DNA from: Octopus bimaculoides
Lineage: Eukaryota
Direction: 5' to 3'
DNA: 64,000 nucleotides
NCBI RefSeq assembly: GCF_001194135.2
Contig: NC_068985.1
Span: forward strand, 107,275,365-107,339,364
Shown here: in pieces, positions 61,600 to 64,000 of the stretch
Layout of the letters: the number at the start of each line of letters is the position of its first letter
Numbering within the stretch: the stretch's first letter is position 1
The notes under the pieces: model-generated
What the model was told of the DNA's origin: nothing
Databases searched by the model: none
What the model saw: only the letters and a program-made list of their open reading frames with translations
Translations under genes and position numbers: made by a program

Positions 61600-62530
61600 G
61601 TCTCTCTGTCTCTCTTTCTCTCCCTCTCTCACTGTCAATGATGGCGTTACACTCAACCTTCTCCTCAGCACTCATACCTCCTTTCTTTCGTCACTCCAGC
61701 TATGCTTCCCCCCTCTCTAGTATACTTCTTTACTCTGTCTTCTCCTCACACATTCTTTGTCTCCCCGTCTCACTCATAACACTCTGCCTTCTCCTCTGTT
61801 TACCACGCATTCATTATCTTTATTTTATCACTCTCTCTTTCTCTCTTCCCCATTATATCTGAATTCTTGTTTAATCGTCCACTCTGATTGAAAGTTACTC
61901 TTTCACTCCATCACCCACACATTCTCTTTCTCTCTCTCATTTATATATAATTCTTTCTCGTTCGTTTTTCTTTCTCTTTCTATTCTTTCACTCAAATTCC
62001 ATGTCTCCCTCTTTTCCACTCTTCTCTTTCATCATGTTACTTTTACCCTCTCTCCGTCACTCATAGCAGGAGGGGAAATAAAAGATTAGTCATTTTATCC
62101 TTGAACAAAATTTAATGATCTTAGAGAGAGAGAGACAGACAGACAGACAGAGGGGGAAAGGGAAAAGAAAATGAAGAGGAGTAAAAAGGGTAACTGAATA
62201 TTGGTGGTCAGAGAAGGGAGGGGAAAAAGAGAGAGAATAGAGTAAATTATGAGGATATAAGAAGAGAGAGGGGGGGAGAAAGAGAAAGGCGGGAGAGACG
62301 GAGGGAGGCGGAAATAAGAGCAAGAAAGAGGAATATAGAGGGAGAAGAGGCAAGAAAGAGGACTTAAGGGGAGGAGAAGAGGAAAGAAAAAGAATGCACA
62401 GGAGAAATTTACTGAAAAGAAAGATATTAAAATAGATGAAAAAGAAAACAAGAGAGAGGGGGAGAAGAAGAAAGTAATGAGAAATTTATTTTTAACAGGT
62501 CAAGAAAAAGGCAAAAGAGGTGGAAGGAAT
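61600..62530. repeat. Low-complexity pyrimidine tract followed by a purine tract
   Basis: CT-rich about 61600-62050; GA-rich about 62060-62530. Confidence 0.7.
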
Positions 62531-62902
62531 CGGGTTATTTCGTTGGTTAAAAATCAGAGTATAATCGACACTGAAATATTTAATGTAGGACAAGTTTAAC
62601 ATCAACAACAACAATAGGTGTTCCTTTTTTGTAAATTAGGGTCATGTTTGCACTATGGGAGACAAATTAATGCGTTGTGATGATGATGACGGTGGTGGTG
62701 GTGGTGGTGTGGTGATATTAGGTTGGTCAGTACAAGAATGTTTTTTTTTTTTAAATATAAATAATTTATAATCCGTTGCTGAGTGTGATCGTTTGGAACC
62801 AAGCACGGGAATAATGAAAAAATATTAAGAAAAAAAAAAATCTTGCAGATATTTATTGTAAGTCAAGCTGTGAATGAACTAGCTTCGACTCTTGCACTGA
62901 CC

Positions 62903-63014
62903 ATGGCCTCTGTTGATGTCAGTGTACAGCAAATGAAACACTTTAACACCGATGCACTTATTTTATTCCTCAGTAAACATGGAATTAGCCAGGCTGGTCT
63001 GAAATCTCTAAGAG
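62903..63014 (+). CDS. Probable first coding exon of a downstream gene, possibly an N-terminal SAM-domain protein
   Basis: Strong Kozak context gaccATGG and donor AG|gtaagt. MASVDVSVQQMKHFNTDALILFLSKHGISQAGLKSLR resembles the first helices of a SAM domain. A possible acceptor cttgcag| lies at 62849. Confidence 0.55.
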
Positions 63015-63426
63015 GTAAGTGGTCAGTGATGAAAACTTGGAACCATGCAATTCTCCACTCTACCAAAGTCAAGTGAAACAATTATATGCCTACACACATT
63101 TACGCATACGCCCAAGCACGCACACGCCCAAAAACAAACCTCTATATGTACATACATACACTAACACACATATTAAAATTTTTAGGTAAAATAATATCTA
63201 ACTGACCACAAAAAATACTAAATTCCTTCATAAACAATGCATATATATACATACAAATATAGATATACGATTTACATATGGAGAGATACAGAATTGCTTA
63301 AAATGTAGCTTTTAATATATCTTTAAGAGATTTTTAACAAGTTTTTAAAAACATCAGCTTTTTAATTCTCGCCAGCTGAAAGAAACGGTAACTTACAATG
63401 CTTAGTACCTTTGTGCGTGTATATAT

Positions 63427-63526
63427 NNNNNNNNNNNNNNNNNNNNNNNNNNNNNNNNNNNNNNNNNNNNNNNNNNNNNNNNNNNNNNNNNNNNNNNNNN
63501 NNNNNNNNNNNNNNNNNNNNNNNNNN
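63427..63526. other. Assembly gap (100 N)
   Basis: Run of N. Confidence 1.
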
Positions 63527-64000
63527 TACACACACGCACACACAATATATGTGGCTGTATATTCATATATATGTGTGTGTGAATATTCATATATATGTGT
63601 GTGTGTATATACATATATATATATATAATGTTTATACACATAGACATGCGCGCACACATGCATATGTATATTTCCCTTTTAAAAATATCTTTTTCATGGC
63701 TCGGAATGTCTGAGTTGTGTATGAGGAGATATTTTGCCTCACAGGCAGGCATATAGCTGGCTCTCGCATGACACCAGCAACAACCATTCTTCTTTCACTC
63801 CCTACTATTTTCTTTCCTGCAGTAGCTAAATCAATAAGCGAGGATTCTTTTAAAAACCATTTCTATATTTTAATTGATTAATTTTTACCTTTAAAAAGCT
63901 TACTACTAGAGACAGACACTAAGTAATAGCCGTGCAATGTCTTGTCTGCACAGCAATTAAAATCTTAATGTACTATACTTTAATTGATGTGGTTGCAGCG

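Overview
AT-rich, microsatellite- and SINE-dense animal genomic DNA from a draft assembly with six N gaps. The repeat families look like those of Octopus; this species call is an inference. The main gene is a 10-coding-exon endosomal Qa-SNARE syntaxin on the + strand (21343-46827; Syx13/TSNARE1/STX7/STX12 family). I assembled it by hand from GT-AG junctions into an intact 840-nt CDS (279 aa) with an Habc region, a SNARE motif and a C-terminal TM helix. A probable first coding exon of a second + strand gene, possibly SAM-domain-like, lies at 62903-63014. The rest is transposon debris: a long decayed RTE LINE (about 50.9-54.2 kb) plus many copies of its 3' tail, two RLE-type LINE fragments, a CR1-like fragment, two Helitron helicase fragments, an internally deleted Chapaev3-like transposon, several MITEs and at least three tRNA-derived SINE families. 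The most notable structures are young inverted repeat pairs bracketing syntaxin exons (candidate circRNA/ADAR substrates), a foldback just upstream of the first coding exon, two clean hairpins, and decayed hammerhead-like cores in a Penelope-like repeat. Almost all ORFs in the supplied track are microsatellite or gap artefacts. I found no strong evidence for a wholly new biological system. Identity figures and repeat boundaries are by-eye estimates.
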